64,000 nt of DNA. Source: Eledone cirrhosa (taxonomy: Eukaryota). Where the stretch lies: contig OZ024755.1 of NCBI GenBank assembly GCA_964016885.1, positions 5,394,001 through 5,458,000 of the forward strand, read 5' to 3'. Shown piece by piece: positions 13,455 to 37,971 of this stretch; the stretch's first letter is position 1; the number at the start of each line of letters is the position of its first letter. The translations under genes and the position numbers were made by a program. Below the pieces are notes generated by a model that saw nothing but the letters and a program-made list of their open reading frames with translations, was not told the origin of the DNA and searched no databases.

Positions 13455-14035
13455 ATATATAAGTTTATTATAAAATACATATATATACTTTTAATTTGTA
13501 ATATGTATAAATATCCTGAAAATTAAGCTAAAGCAATCGAGTGCAATATATTTTAAAGCTTGGCTCTATGTTTACAATTGTAGAGGTCACTGGTGTACAT
13601 ACGTTTGCACATTTGGAAAAACAAAACCACAAATTTAAAACCATTTATATAGAAAATAGTTTTGTTGTAATGAAAATAGATAAACCATGTGTATATTCAA
13701 GTGAAAATGAATATAATTTGAGACTTTTTAAAAGCCATGTAAAAGTTTTTCAAAATTTCATAATTTTTTTTTTTTTTATAAATTCCTTCTCGACAAACCA
13801 TGAAAGCAACAATATGTGAAACAATTCTGCGAATATTTAAAAGAATATTAGTTTAACAAAAAACCATATAGAACAAACTGGTTTTCCATAATCTATTGCC
13901 AAAAAACTCACTTTCCAAATTTATATGGAAATGACTTAATAAAAAAGAGGTGATTGTGTTATATTCTATTATGTTAAGAGCTTCACGTTGACGTGGCTTG
14001 ATCTGCATACAACCATCAATTTCTTTCACCATTAA

Positions 14036-14201
14036 CCCTTTAGCATTTACATTTCTCTATATATTTATTATTATATTTTCATGGTAAAGTTTTTACCTCA
14101 TATAATATCGAATCTATGAGATTTCGATATTATTTATTTTGAGAACAATACCTTAACATAAGTATGAGTGGCCAGATATGGCCAGTTTAAATGCTAAGGG
14201 T
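14036..14201. mobile_element. piggyBac-type MITE, family C (shorter copy)
   Basis: TTAA|CCCTTTAGCATTTAC...ATGCTAAGGGT|TTAA. Confidence 0.75.
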
Positions 14202-14612
14202 TTAATCAGATTTCACACCACATGTCCACAAAAAAACATAAGGTAACACAATTTGATAAATTTATTTAACTCTAAGTCGAATACTTATTTCAATGTTGTC
14301 TGATTGTATTTATTCATTTTTTTTTATTTTTGAAGTCGTGTTGTTTTTTATACCGATGTTTGCTTTCAGACATCTTAAATATTCAGCATCATAGAGGCTG
14401 ATATAAAATGATTCAATATTTCAAGACAAAGAAAATATCATCTCCGACACCCCCACTGCCCCCTTTAAAAAAAAAATACCAATAAATTACTCATTTACAA
14501 ATTTAAAACAATAAATTTATTATTTGTGTTCAATAAGATTCCCCCCCAAAAAACGATGTGATCCTATTTGAGCAAATACTGTCACTGCTCATTTTAGTTT
14601 ACAGTTGTACAA

Positions 14613-14641
14613 TCATACAACTGTCATACTACCACATCCAC
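14613..14641 (-). CDS. Candidate terminal coding exon of Shaw (adds GGCGSMTVV*)
   Basis: Acceptor CTGTTTCACTTCAG|GT is compatible with the phase-1 donor at 37972. Non-repetitive context, followed by AT-rich sequence with minus-strand AATAAA (~14516). No transcript evidence. Confidence 0.35.
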
Positions 14642-15094
14642 CTGAAGTGAAACAGTTTTTTCAATATTGTGAAATTCAGTTAAGGGGGTTAGCGAGAGGT
14701 GGTTGGCGAGGGTATGGAGAAAGTGAGGATTGAGGACGGCAGTCTAACCACTACCAGGTAAAATTGAGCAGTGAGACAGCAGCACCTAGCTAGCCAATTA
14801 TCGTTTGAGATTTTTTTCTGTTATTTTTTTGTCTTGTTTGAGTTGGAACAGGTCAACAAGTTTTAAAATCTATTTCACACTTTCTTGTGAAATAAAAATT
14901 GTAACGAGACATATGCGACATTTACATATACACACACGCACATATATATATACACACACACAGAGTTTGCCATAAAATGTATGCACGCTTCAGGAAAAGT
15001 TCATATATATATATATATATTTGCCAAATATACTATACATACATTCATGTATACATCGCTATTTCAGAGCACCAATCCTAATATATATATATGT

Positions 15095-15213
15095 GAAGGC
15101 GCGTGGCTGAGTAGTTTGAGAATTCAATTCACAATTGTGGGATTGTGAGTTTGATTCCCGGACTGGGCGATGCGTTATGTCCTTGAGCAAGACACTTTAT
15201 TTCACATTGCTCC
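15095..15213 (+). mobile_element. SINE family A, 5' half
   Basis: Head and core match 42451. Other fragments at 32590-32620 (-, cut by the gap) and ~58765-58860 (-). Confidence 0.75.
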
Positions 15214-15683
15214 TTCTACCAGGAGTTGAGACCGCTAGATAGTTTTAGCAATTGGAAAGGCCAATGGAAACATTGTTTCCTCAGTCCGATTTGATGAAAG
15301 TTAATTATATCATCATCATCATCGTTTAACGTCCATCTTCCACGCGAGCATGGGTCTCAATTATTCAACAGTACGTTTCTTGCATCAACATATCTCGACA
15401 TAAAAATACATCTTTTATATATATAGAGTTATTTAAACAAATTAGATATTTATTCAAGTTTTCTTTTCCTGAAGCATGTATACATTTTGTTGCAGACTGT
15501 ATGTATGTGTATATATATATATACATATGCAAACTTTTATTGCAATTATAAGTATATATATATATATATAATATATATATATATATATGCAGACTTTTAT
15601 TGCAATTATATGTATATATATATATATATGCACGTATATAAATATAAATTCAGCGAGAATCGCTTTTCGTCGACTAGAAAAAG

Positions 15684-15748
<65 letters not shown>

Positions 15749-15952
15749 AGTATTAATATTAAGATATAATCAGCAAAATGTGTTTCAATACTCTTGCCAA
15801 GTCACTGACATAATAATATTGTTTCTGAATAATTATCAAATATATTCAATTTCTCCAAATTTCACAGACTTTTAGTATTGTATTATTTTGGTGAAATCTT
15901 TGAGCAAAAGGATTTTGAAGAATAAATAAATAATATATATACACACACACAA

Positions 15953-16064
15953 ATGTATATATAGATCTATACTAATACATATATGTATATATAGATCTAT
16001 ACTAATACATATATGTATATATAGATCTATACTAATACATATATGTATATATAGATCTATACTA

Positions 16065-16075
<11 letters not shown>
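15953..16075. repeat. 30-bp tandem repeat x4
   Basis: ATGTATATATAGATCTATACTAATACATAT. Confidence 0.9.
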
Positions 16076-16111
<36 letters not shown>

Positions 16112-16272
16112 CTTATATATATAATATATATATGTGTGTGTGCTTATATATATATATATATATGTGTGTGCTTATATATATGTATATAAGCACACATATA
16201 TATATGCTTATATATATATATATATATGTGTGTGCTTATATATATGTATATAAGCACACATATATATATATG

Positions 16273-16446
<174 letters not shown>

Positions 16447-16483
16447 TTATATATATGTATATAAGCACACATATATATATATG

Positions 16484-16517
<34 letters not shown>

Positions 16518-16575
16518 CTTATATATATGTATATAAGCACACATATATATATGCTTATATATATGTATATAAGCA

Positions 16576-16579
<4 letters not shown>

Positions 16580-16610
<31 letters not shown>

Positions 16611-16611
16611 G

Positions 16612-16676
<65 letters not shown>

Positions 16677-16677
16677 G

Positions 16678-16718
<41 letters not shown>

Positions 16719-17048
16719 GTTATATATATATATATATATGTGGTTATATATATATATATATATGTGGTTATATATATATATATATATGTGGTTATATATA
16801 TATATATATATGTGGTTATATATATATATATATATATATATGTGGTTATATATATATATATATATGTGGTTATATATATATATATATATATGTGGTTATA
16901 TATATATATATATATGTGGTTATATATATATATATATATATGTGGTTATATATATATATATATATATGTGGTTATATATATATATATATATGTGGTTTAT
17001 ATATATATATATATATATGTGGTTATATATATATATATATATATGTGG

Positions 17049-17083
<35 letters not shown>

Positions 17084-18341
17084 GTTATATATATATATAT
17101 AGATGTGGTTATATATATATATATATATGTGGTTATATATATATATATATATGTGGTTATATATATATATATATATGTGGTTATAATATATATATATATA
17201 TGTGGTTATATATATATATATATGTGGTTATATATATATATATATGTGGTTTTATATATATATGTGGTTATATATATATATATATATATATGTGGTTATA
17301 TATATATATATATGTGGTTATATATATATATATATATATGTGGTTATATATATATATATATATGTGGTTATATATATATATATATATATGTGGTTATATA
17401 TATATATATATATATGTGGTTATATATATATATATATATGTGGTTATATATATATATATATATGTGGTTATATATATATATATATATATGTGGTTATATA
17501 TATATATATATATATATGTGGTTATATATATATATATATATATGTGGTTATATATATATATATATATATGTGGTTATATATATATATATATATATGTGGT
17601 TATATATATATATATATGTGGTTATATATATATATATATGTGGTTATATATATATATATATGTGGTTATATATATATATATATATATGTGGTTATATATA
17701 TATATATATATGTGGTTATATATATATATATATATATATATGTGGTTATATATATATATATATATATGTGGTTATATATATATATATATATATGTGGTTA
17801 TATATATATATATATATATGTGGTTATATATATATATATATATATGTGGTTATATATATATATATATATGTGGTTATATATATATATATATATGTGGTTA
17901 TATATATATATATATATATATGTGGTTATATATATATATATATATATATGTGGTTATATATATATATATATATATATGTGGTTATATATATATATATATG
18001 TGGTTATATATATATATATATATATGTGGTTATATATATATATATATATGTGGTTATATATATATATATATATATGTGGTTATATATATATATATATATG
18101 TGGTTATATATATATATATATATGTGGTTATATATATATATATATATATATATGTGGTTATATATATATATATATATATATGTGGTTATATATATATATA
18201 TATATATATATGTGGTTATATATATATATATATATATGTGGTTATATATATATATATATATATATGTGGTTATATATATATATATATATATGTGGTTATA
18301 TATATATATATATATATGTGGTTATATATATATATATGTGG

Positions 18342-18372
<31 letters not shown>

Positions 18373-19940
18373 GTTAATATATATATATATATATGTGGTT
18401 ATTATATATATATATATATATGTGGTTATATATATATATATATATATGTGGTTATATATATATATATGTGGTTATATATATATATATATATATGTGGTTA
18501 TATATATATATATATATATGTGGTTATATATATATATATATATATGTGGTTATATATATATATATATGTGGTTATATATATATATATATATATGTGGTTA
18601 TATATATATATATATATATGTGGTTATATATATATATATATATATGTGGTTATATATATATATATATATGTGGTTATATATATATATATATGTGGTTATA
18701 TATATATATATATGTGGTTATATATATATATATATGTGGTTATATATATATATATATATGTGGTATATATATATATATATATATGTGGTTATATATATAT
18801 ATATATATGTGGTTATATATATATATATATATGTGGTTATATATATATATATATGTGGTTATATATATATATATATGTGGTTATATATATATATATATGT
18901 GGTTATATATATATATATATATGTGGTTATATATATATATATATATGTGGTTATATATATATATATATATGTGGTTATATATATATATATATATGTGGTT
19001 ATATATATATATATATATGTGGTTATATATATATATATATATGTGGTTATATATATATATATATATGTGGTTATATATATATATATATATACGTGGATAT
19101 ATATATATATATATGTGGTTATATATATATATATATGTGGTTATAATATATATATATGTGGTTATAAATATATATATATGTGGTTATAAATATATATATA
19201 TGTGGTTATAAATATATATATATGTGATTATATATATATGTGATTATATATATATGTGATTATATATATATATATATGTGGTTATATATATATATATATA
19301 TGTGGTTATATATATATATATATGTGGTTATATATATATATATGTGGTTATATATATATATATGTGGTTATATATATATATATATGTGGTTATATATATA
19401 TATATGTGGTTATATATATATATATGTGGTTATATATATATATATATATGTGGTTATATATATATATATATGTGGTTATATATATATATATATGTGGTTA
19501 TATATATATATATATGTGGTTATATATATATATATATGTGGTTATATATATATATATATGTGGTTATATATATATATATATGTGGTTATATATATATATA
19601 TATATGTGGTTATATATATATATATATATGTGGTTATATATATATATATATGTGGTTATATATATATATATATATATATGTGGTTATATATATATATATA
19701 TATGTGGTTATATATATATATATATATATGTGGTTATATATATATATATATATGTGGTTATATATATATATATATATGTGGTTATATATATATATATATA
19801 TGTGGTTATATATATATATCTATATATACACACACTCATATATATATATATATGTGGTTATATATATATATCTATATATACACACACTCATATATACATA
19901 TATATGTGGTTATATATATATATCTATATATACACACACT
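16580..19940. repeat. Compound satellite [(TA)n-TGTGGT]m, ~3.3 kb
   Basis: Direct reading; more than 100 units. Confidence 0.97.
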
Positions 19941-20332
19941 CATATATATCTATATATATGTACATATATACACCTCTCCTGCACATCTTTTTGTATACGT
20001 ATATGTAAACAATAATTTTCATTGCTATAATTTATATATATATATATATACAAATGCATATGTGTGGAGGAATGTATGTTATATATATATGTGTTTGTGT
20101 GTGTGTGTATATACACAGACACTCACACACACACACTTACATATATATATTATTTCTTAGTTTAGAAGAAAATAAAGAATATGGAAATAAATATTTGAAT
20201 GAAATATGAAAAAAATATTTATTTCAATAGAAATGGTATTATGTTGGTTAAATGAATAGAATGGAATCACAACTGGTATCTAATGACTCATATAGTAATG
20301 ATAGAAATGTCTATTACATATATATATATATA

Positions 20333-20437
20333 TAGGAACGAGTAGGACCACGACGGCTGAGCTCAAGCCGTTTCGACGGCTAATTCTGGACAGGTGCGTT
20401 ATGGTCCACCCGGTTCCTTACCACATTTCCTTCATTA
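20333..20437. mobile_element. Second copy of the 231-425 element (inverted arm fused to distal end)
   Basis: 20335-20389 matches 311-366; 20394-20437 is the reverse complement of ~231-274. Flanked by (TA)n. Confidence 0.7.
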
Positions 20438-22770
<2,333 letters not shown>

Positions 22771-23079
22771 GCCATAAAATGGCGTAGGACAGAACAAAGG
22801 AGAGGCACAAAAACAAAGAAAAGAATCCACATTCACAGAATGTGTTACGAAAGAACTTTGACAATATATAAACAACCATCTGGTTGTGGAACCAACCAAC
22901 CAACCAACCGGAAATTTATAAATTTATTATAATAAATTGAAGTGAAAGCCACTGGTGCCTGTGTTTCTTATTGGCAACATGACCCTGCCAAAGTATAACA
23001 ATATCGGTTTCAACACACGTTTTCAGATAAAGAATCTTGCTAAACAAATTCAGAAACGAAATATAAATATATACATACG

Positions 23080-23455
23080 TCATCATCATCATCATCACCG
23101 TTTTACGTCCGTTCTTCCACGCTAGCATGGGTTAGACGGGTTGTCCTGTTGTGTGCAGTGTCTGGTCGGCTGACCATGCCTTGCTCATACAGGAACTGAT
23201 CTGGCTTGATTTCTACAGCTGGATGCCCTTCCTAACACCAACCTCATTCACAGTGAGTGCTGGGTGCTTTTTCGTGGCGCCTACACGTCCACTTTACAGT
23301 GTGGGCTGGGTGCTTTTTTTGCCGTGGCACCTCCACGACCACCTTGCGGTGGGGGTGTGGGGAATATTGTTTATATGCTTCAGCATGTACCCATGGGAGG
23401 TCGGGTACTCTGTATTACTGCGTGACGCCAGAAGTCACGGTCGTGTGTCATTGTC
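23080..23455 (-). mobile_element. SINE-like retroposon with an RTE-type 3' tail
   Basis: Minus strand ends CTAACCCATGCTAGCGTGGAAGAACGGACGTAAAACGG(TGA)n, like the RTE tail at 60370-60422. Related pieces at 12140-12280, 15308-15355, 43340-43442, 44614-44660, 45990-46042 and 47500-48200. Confidence 0.65.
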
Positions 23456-24143
23456 TTCATATATATGAATTGATTTGTTAACTTGAATGCCATTATATAT
23501 TGTATATTATAAATGTTAGTATATTATTATTATTATAGTATTATTGCGACATCTATATTGTTTATGTAAATTAACCGGAGATCATCTATTCTATTATATT
23601 ATATAGTATATAATTGTATAGTTTATTATTTATTATATGTGCTACTTATAATAATATCATATTATTACCTCATGTATATTGGGTATATGTATTATTATTA
23701 TTATTTTCATTCCTATCATGCTTATTTATATTTAAACTCTTAATAAGGTTTAATTTGTGCAGTTGAAGATGGATATGTGTATTGATGTATGTGTATGTGT
23801 GCGTACGTGTGCGTACATATATACATATGTATATTGTACATTTTAATTTTTATTGTAATTTTAATATTGGTAAAGGTATATTATATTATATTACATTGTA
23901 TTATATATAATTCCTGTTCTATATAACCACCTTTGTTTAGCTCTAGGGTTTTTTTGCTTTGGACTATATTTGTAATATGGTTCTTAATGTTATACACCTC
24001 CTTAGTAATTTTTATTATATATTTTTATTATTTTTATTATATATTTTTACCCATAATCTTGCAATACTTTAGTGTATGTACACTCTATATTCTTCGGAGT
24101 TTCCGGCTTGTATTGGCCGATAATACTTCTTGTTGTTTTAATT

Positions 24144-24182
24144 GACCTGATGAGTCCTTAATAGGACGAAACATTGTCGGCT
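24144..24182 (+). ncRNA. Minimal type I hammerhead ribozyme motif in a Penelope-like element 3' end (~24090-24331)
   Basis: CTGATGA(24147-53), stem II GTCCT-taat-AGGAC, GAAA(24168-71), short stem III CA-t-TG, GTC cleavage triplet (24176-78), then AATAAA at 24183. Stem I is poor. Confidence 0.7.
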
Positions 24183-24331
24183 AATAAAGACTTTTGATGT
24201 ATTGAAGGCTTCTTTGTTTTACTTTCTTAATTCTTAGGCTCTGTTTAACTACATTGAGCTATACCTTTTACTGTCATTTCTATAATACGAAGAGGGTGTT
24301 TAACTCCAACACGCTCCAGTATTTTAACCCT

Positions 24332-32236
<7,905 letters not shown>

Positions 32237-32389
32237 CGTATTTAAGAAAGCCACAACAATGCAAAGGGAAATCTCGAGGTAGGAAGTGAAAGATAGATAG
32301 GAAAAACAGGTGAAAGTGGAAATTGAGAGAGACAAAGATGAAAACAAAACAAAGGTACATATATATATATACATATACATATATATACA

Positions 32390-32589
32390 NNNNNNNNNNN
32401 NNNNNNNNNNNNNNNNNNNNNNNNNNNNNNNNNNNNNNNNNNNNNNNNNNNNNNNNNNNNNNNNNNNNNNNNNNNNNNNNNNNNNNNNNNNNNNNNNNNN
32501 NNNNNNNNNNNNNNNNNNNNNNNNNNNNNNNNNNNNNNNNNNNNNNNNNNNNNNNNNNNNNNNNNNNNNNNNNNNNNNNNNNNNNNNNN
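32390..32589. other. Assembly gap (200 N)
   Basis: Run of N of round length, typical of a scaffold join; true size unknown. Confidence 0.99.
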
Positions 32590-32620
32590 CAATGCTCTAA
32601 CCACTGAGCCATGTGCCTCC

Positions 32621-32646
32621 ATATATATACATATATATATATATAC

Positions 32647-32745
<99 letters not shown>

Positions 32746-32999
32746 CATATATATATATACATATAAATATATATATATACATATAAATATATATATATAA
32801 ATATATATATATACATATAAATATATATATATAAATATATATATATAAATATATATATATAAATATATATATATAAATATATATATATAAATATATATAT
32901 ATAAATATATATATATATAAATATATATATATATAAATATATATACATATATATATACATATATATATATATACATATATATATATACATATAAATATA

Positions 33000-33056
<57 letters not shown>

Positions 33057-33171
33057 ATACATATAAATATATATATATACATATAAATATATATATATAC
33101 ATATAAATATATATATATACATATAAATATATATATATACATATAAATATATATATATACATATAAATATA

Positions 33172-33211
<40 letters not shown>

Positions 33212-33258
33212 CATATATATATATATATATACATATAAATATATATATATACATATAA

Positions 33259-33304
<46 letters not shown>

Positions 33305-33349
33305 ATATATATATATACATATAAATATATATATATACATATAAATATA

Positions 33350-33417
<68 letters not shown>

Positions 33418-33420
33418 CAC
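32621..33420. repeat. Compound satellite [CATATAAA(TA)n]m
   Basis: Direct reading. Confidence 0.95.
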
Positions 33421-33659
33421 ATTTTCATCGGCACAGTTGAACAAGTTCGTCCTCAGGGCCCCAATGAAATGTATGTAGCTGGTATGGCGCCGTTGTAGTA
33501 ACTGGCCTTTATAATTATCTGCATACATACACATATATATATATATATATACATATATCATTGTTTTAATGTTTTCTTTCTCTGCTTTGCAAGGGCTGGA
33601 GATAGGTCTATATAAACCAAGTCAGTACTGAAGCAGAGTCACTGATCTCCCAGACATGT

Positions 33660-33910
33660 TAGAAATTTGTGTCTCGCTTAAGTATACAGAGGAGACTGAA
33701 GTTAGCTGGACATGCTCACCGACATCCAGAGTTGACACTGCACTCAGTGCTCCTGTGGGAGCCCCTGCATGGACACACTGGAAGAGGGAGACCGAGGTTA
33801 ACATATGTTGATGCCTTAAGGACAGACACTGGTCTGTTGGAGACGCAAGACATGGCAGCAATAATGAGGGAGAGAGACCGCTGGAGAGAACTCGTCCATG
33901 GATCTTGGGA
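33660..33910 (+). mobile_element. RTE-clade LINE 3' fragment
   Basis: QRRLKLAGHAHRH...LLWEP..G..GRGRPRLTYVDAL...RERDRWR motif. Confidence 0.85.
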
Positions 33911-33945
33911 ATTTTACCCACCCTAGATAGATAGATATGTGTGTG

Positions 33946-33976
<31 letters not shown>

Positions 33977-34136
33977 GATAGATTGATATATATATATATA
34001 TGAAAAGATTCAGGACCCCGACATCTGGGCTCTGGCCATTTCGACAGCTAGATCCGAACTCCAGTTTCAAGTACTTTGGTCGGTTATTGTCTAGCTGGTA
34101 TTTACCACACCCTATCTGATATATATATATATACAT

Positions 34137-34563
34137 AAAATTAAGATAAATTAAATGAATTTAATCTAAATCAAAATTATGGGTGTCATGCCAGAAAGAC
34201 ATGCGCCATATCACCCGGAAAATAAGCTCTAAGATTCTTACGAGTAGGTCCGAGCATTTTATAATAACTAGAAATTGATTAACATATAAATAAACATGAA
34301 TAATCACAGGAGATAATTTTTACAAGTGTATAACCACACATAGCTAGGTAGGTAACTAAATAAAGTTGACCAGAACTTCAAAAATAGATACCTTATAATA
34401 TGATTAATCTTCCCTTAATCATATTATAAGGTATCTATTTTTGAAGTTCTGGTCAACTTTATTTAGTTACCTACACTAGCTATGTGTGGTTATACACTTG
34501 TAAAAATTATCTCCTGTGATTATTCATGTTTATTTATATGTTAATCAATTTCTAGTTATTATA
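34137..34563. repeat. TA-flanked element ending in a ~148-bp-arm near-perfect inverted repeat
   Basis: Arms 34260-34407 / 34415-34563, spacer TCTTCCC, one 1-nt indel. A diverged single-arm homologue lies at ~42968-43098. Confidence 0.9.
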
Positions 34564-35082
34564 TATACACATATATTTATATATATAATGTAAATATATA
34601 TATATTATATCCAAGTAGAGGTGAAAATAAGAATGAGGCAAATAAAATGCCACAGAACAAGAACTGAGCGAGTGTAGAGGAACTGTGAGATGTGGAGAGC
34701 AGATATTGAATGTGATTGCGGTGGGATAGAGTAAAATTGAGTCGGTGGGTTTATAAAAAAAAGGGGTTGGTAGCTGAGATCACAACAGTTAATCAGTCAG
34801 GTCACTTCAATGTCTCCAGGTGACACATCTACCTGAACCTCACTCTCTCTAAAATAGTACATTAACGATGTCTTATTTGATTGTAGCCTGAACAACTATT
34901 ACTTGTCTTGTCCAAATTACTCGGATCACCACCGTAATTATATTATATATTTACACACACGCACACACACACACGTGTGTATATATACATATACACACAC
35001 ATACTCTGAAGACCTTCTGCCATGCAGCTCTCCTGAGAGTTTCTTATTGCTATATATATATGTATATATATATATATATATG

Positions 35083-35142
<60 letters not shown>

Positions 35143-35154
35143 AAAATATATATA

Positions 35155-35252
35155 CAGGGTGTCCCAAAAGATGTATACACACTTCTATACCATTCTGATA
35201 AATATTGCCTGTACAGGTAATCAAAGTGTGTATACATTTTTGGGATACCCTT
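35155..35252. mobile_element. Tc1/mariner-type MITE, same family
   Basis: CAGGGTGTCCCAAAAGATGTATACAC...GTGTATACATTTTTGGGATACCCT; internal sequence shared with 12310-12410. Confidence 0.78.
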
Positions 35253-35280
35253 ATGCCAATATATATATATATTGGCATAA

Positions 35281-35314
<34 letters not shown>

Positions 35315-36739
35315 TTAAAAAAATATATATACATAGGCATAAGTATTTACACATATGTATAAATATGCATTATATGAGATCAATATATGCATACACATTT
35401 ATATATATATGTATACACATACACACCCACACATGGATATATATATATATATATAATGTAGGAGGTGAGTTTTATTGTAGTACAATAAAGCAATGCAGAT
35501 ATCGGTTGATTTGTTGATATGTTGATTTAAAACTGCACTATTCACAAGTGTTTTTTAACCTTCATATCATGTCTCCCTATTTTATTTGACGAAAACGCAA
35601 ATGTCATCTCATGATGATATTTGTTTTTGAAATGCGCATAATAAAATACATGGAACTCTTTTAACCATCTTTTGATCTTATATTATATATATATATATTT
35701 ATTTATTTATACAATAGAAAAAGAAAATGAAAATTTCAAAGTTCTCGAGATCTAGACTTCACATAATATATATAATTGAATGAAATGGTATTTGAATGAT
35801 TTGAATGCCAAAGCTAGAAACAAAACGTTATGTTCGAATGTTGGGAAATAAAAGAAATGTCTTATTATGATGAAGTGAAATAAAAGTATGGAGAAGGGAG
35901 AGGAGAATTATTATGGACAAAGATAAAAGAAAATAAATGTATACATTTTGAAATTATACTAGATTATATTAACATGTTAGAATGGTGGTTTAACTATAAA
36001 ATAATCAAACAAGTTGGGCCAATAAAAGCCTGGAGATGTAAAAATGAGGACAATCAGTGCTGTCCACTTCTGTCAACAGAAGTTTTATATGTACGACTTG
36101 TTCAAATATTGCATAGTTAAACCAGCGTTGGAACAGCTTACTATAAGCTAACAATTTCAAAATTTAAATTTGATCAACGCTTTGTAAAATGATTGTTTCT
36201 TTATTCATACTTCGTATATATATATATATATGTATATATATAAATATATATATATAAATATATATATATATGTATATATATGTATATATATGTATATATA
36301 TGTATATAGAAGTTATCTATGTCAGCTGAGCAGCCATCACATACTTTGATAGTGGTGTAATTATCAAAATTTTAAAGTCTTCATGTGTGAGTATTTTGTT
36401 TGTATGGTACATGGATATATGGATGTTAAATATCAATATTAAATATTCATGGCTATGTATATGTGTGTGTGTATGTTTATATATACACACACAAATATGC
36501 ATATGGTTGTGTGGGTTTAAGTTTGTATATATACACATACACACACACATTATATATATATAATAATGTATATATTTTTGTGCTTATGTATGTGTATATA
36601 TATATATATGTATATATATATGTAGATGTATGTATATATAGAAATGTAAGTGCATATATAGATCACGCATGTGTCTAGATTTGTTAAAATGTTGCATATA
36701 TGTGAGTGTTATATGAATAAGTGCCGTGATTAATCATAT

Positions 36740-36783
<44 letters not shown>

Positions 36784-37971
36784 ACATACACACGTGCACA
36801 CACACAGAGAGCAGACCATATATATATATGTAATAAGATATAGATTTGACAAAAACTTGTCACGGGGATTCAAAAGATATCGCCACAGCAAACAGCAGAA
36901 TGAGAAACCATTGAAAATAGATATGTAAAGGTATTCAGTATTTCATTAAAACATCCTTTGATAGAATGTCGTTCCTAACATGCCCACCACTTTCATTGTA
37001 ATATGTACAAAGATTTGGAAAACTTCACTGAATGCTCAAATATCACAACTCCTATATGTGCATATATATGTACATATATATGTACATATATATATGCAAA
37101 TAATATGTACATGTACATATATATATGCATATATATGTACATATATATATATGTACATGTGTATATATATATATATACATGTACATACATATATATATGT
37201 ACATATATGTACATGTGTGTATAAATATATATATATATATATATGCATAGATATGTATCTGTATATTCATGTATACATGTATTATATGCATATATATATA
37301 CTATTATATACATATGCAGCTTGAAATGGATATTTAAAAGCTTATAAAAGCTTTTTGAACATTTCTGAAAGATGGTATAACATTACAGATTTGTGGGTAT
37401 ATATGTCTTGTATTAGAATTTCAGTTACGTTAACTCGTTTCTAATCTCATGACACTTCGGAGTCATTTCATAATAAATTTTATTAACGACCTATCTGCTT
37501 AAATAACTTCTAGAAATCTGCTTAAATTCATTTTTTTCTTGAAACTCTTAATGCTTATGTTATTCCTTATGTTTTGGTTGTGATAAATATAAAGTTCTAT
37601 GTTATTATTATTATTAATATAATATAATATATTCTAATTAATCTGTATAGCTACTAAAATTCTGAAACTCTCGAGTTAAAGAAAGTAGTTAAAATATTAT
37701 TGGAATGTTTCGTTATTCTTTTCTCTTGATATATTATTATTCAGTTTTGTGTGTGTACAAAGTGAATGCTTTTCTATTTCTGTCTATAGTTGGTTCATAT
37801 ATAAGGGTTACCTATTTATCACACAATGGGGTTGGATTATCCAATATAGGGAAGTTGTCATCATATATTTCTCCCAAGTATTTCCAGATATAATTTTTGT
37901 TTCATCCACTGGTGAGACTTATTACTGCTTTGTTCCTAAGTGACTATCCGTTAAAGGTATAAAATACTTAC

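Noticed and set aside
22916-23128. ORF containing ETDI (resembles the Shaker ETDV PDZ motif)
   Set aside because: The motif is internal rather than C-terminal, out of frame with a phase-1 splice at the nearby acceptor, and the ORF starts in a retroposon tail.
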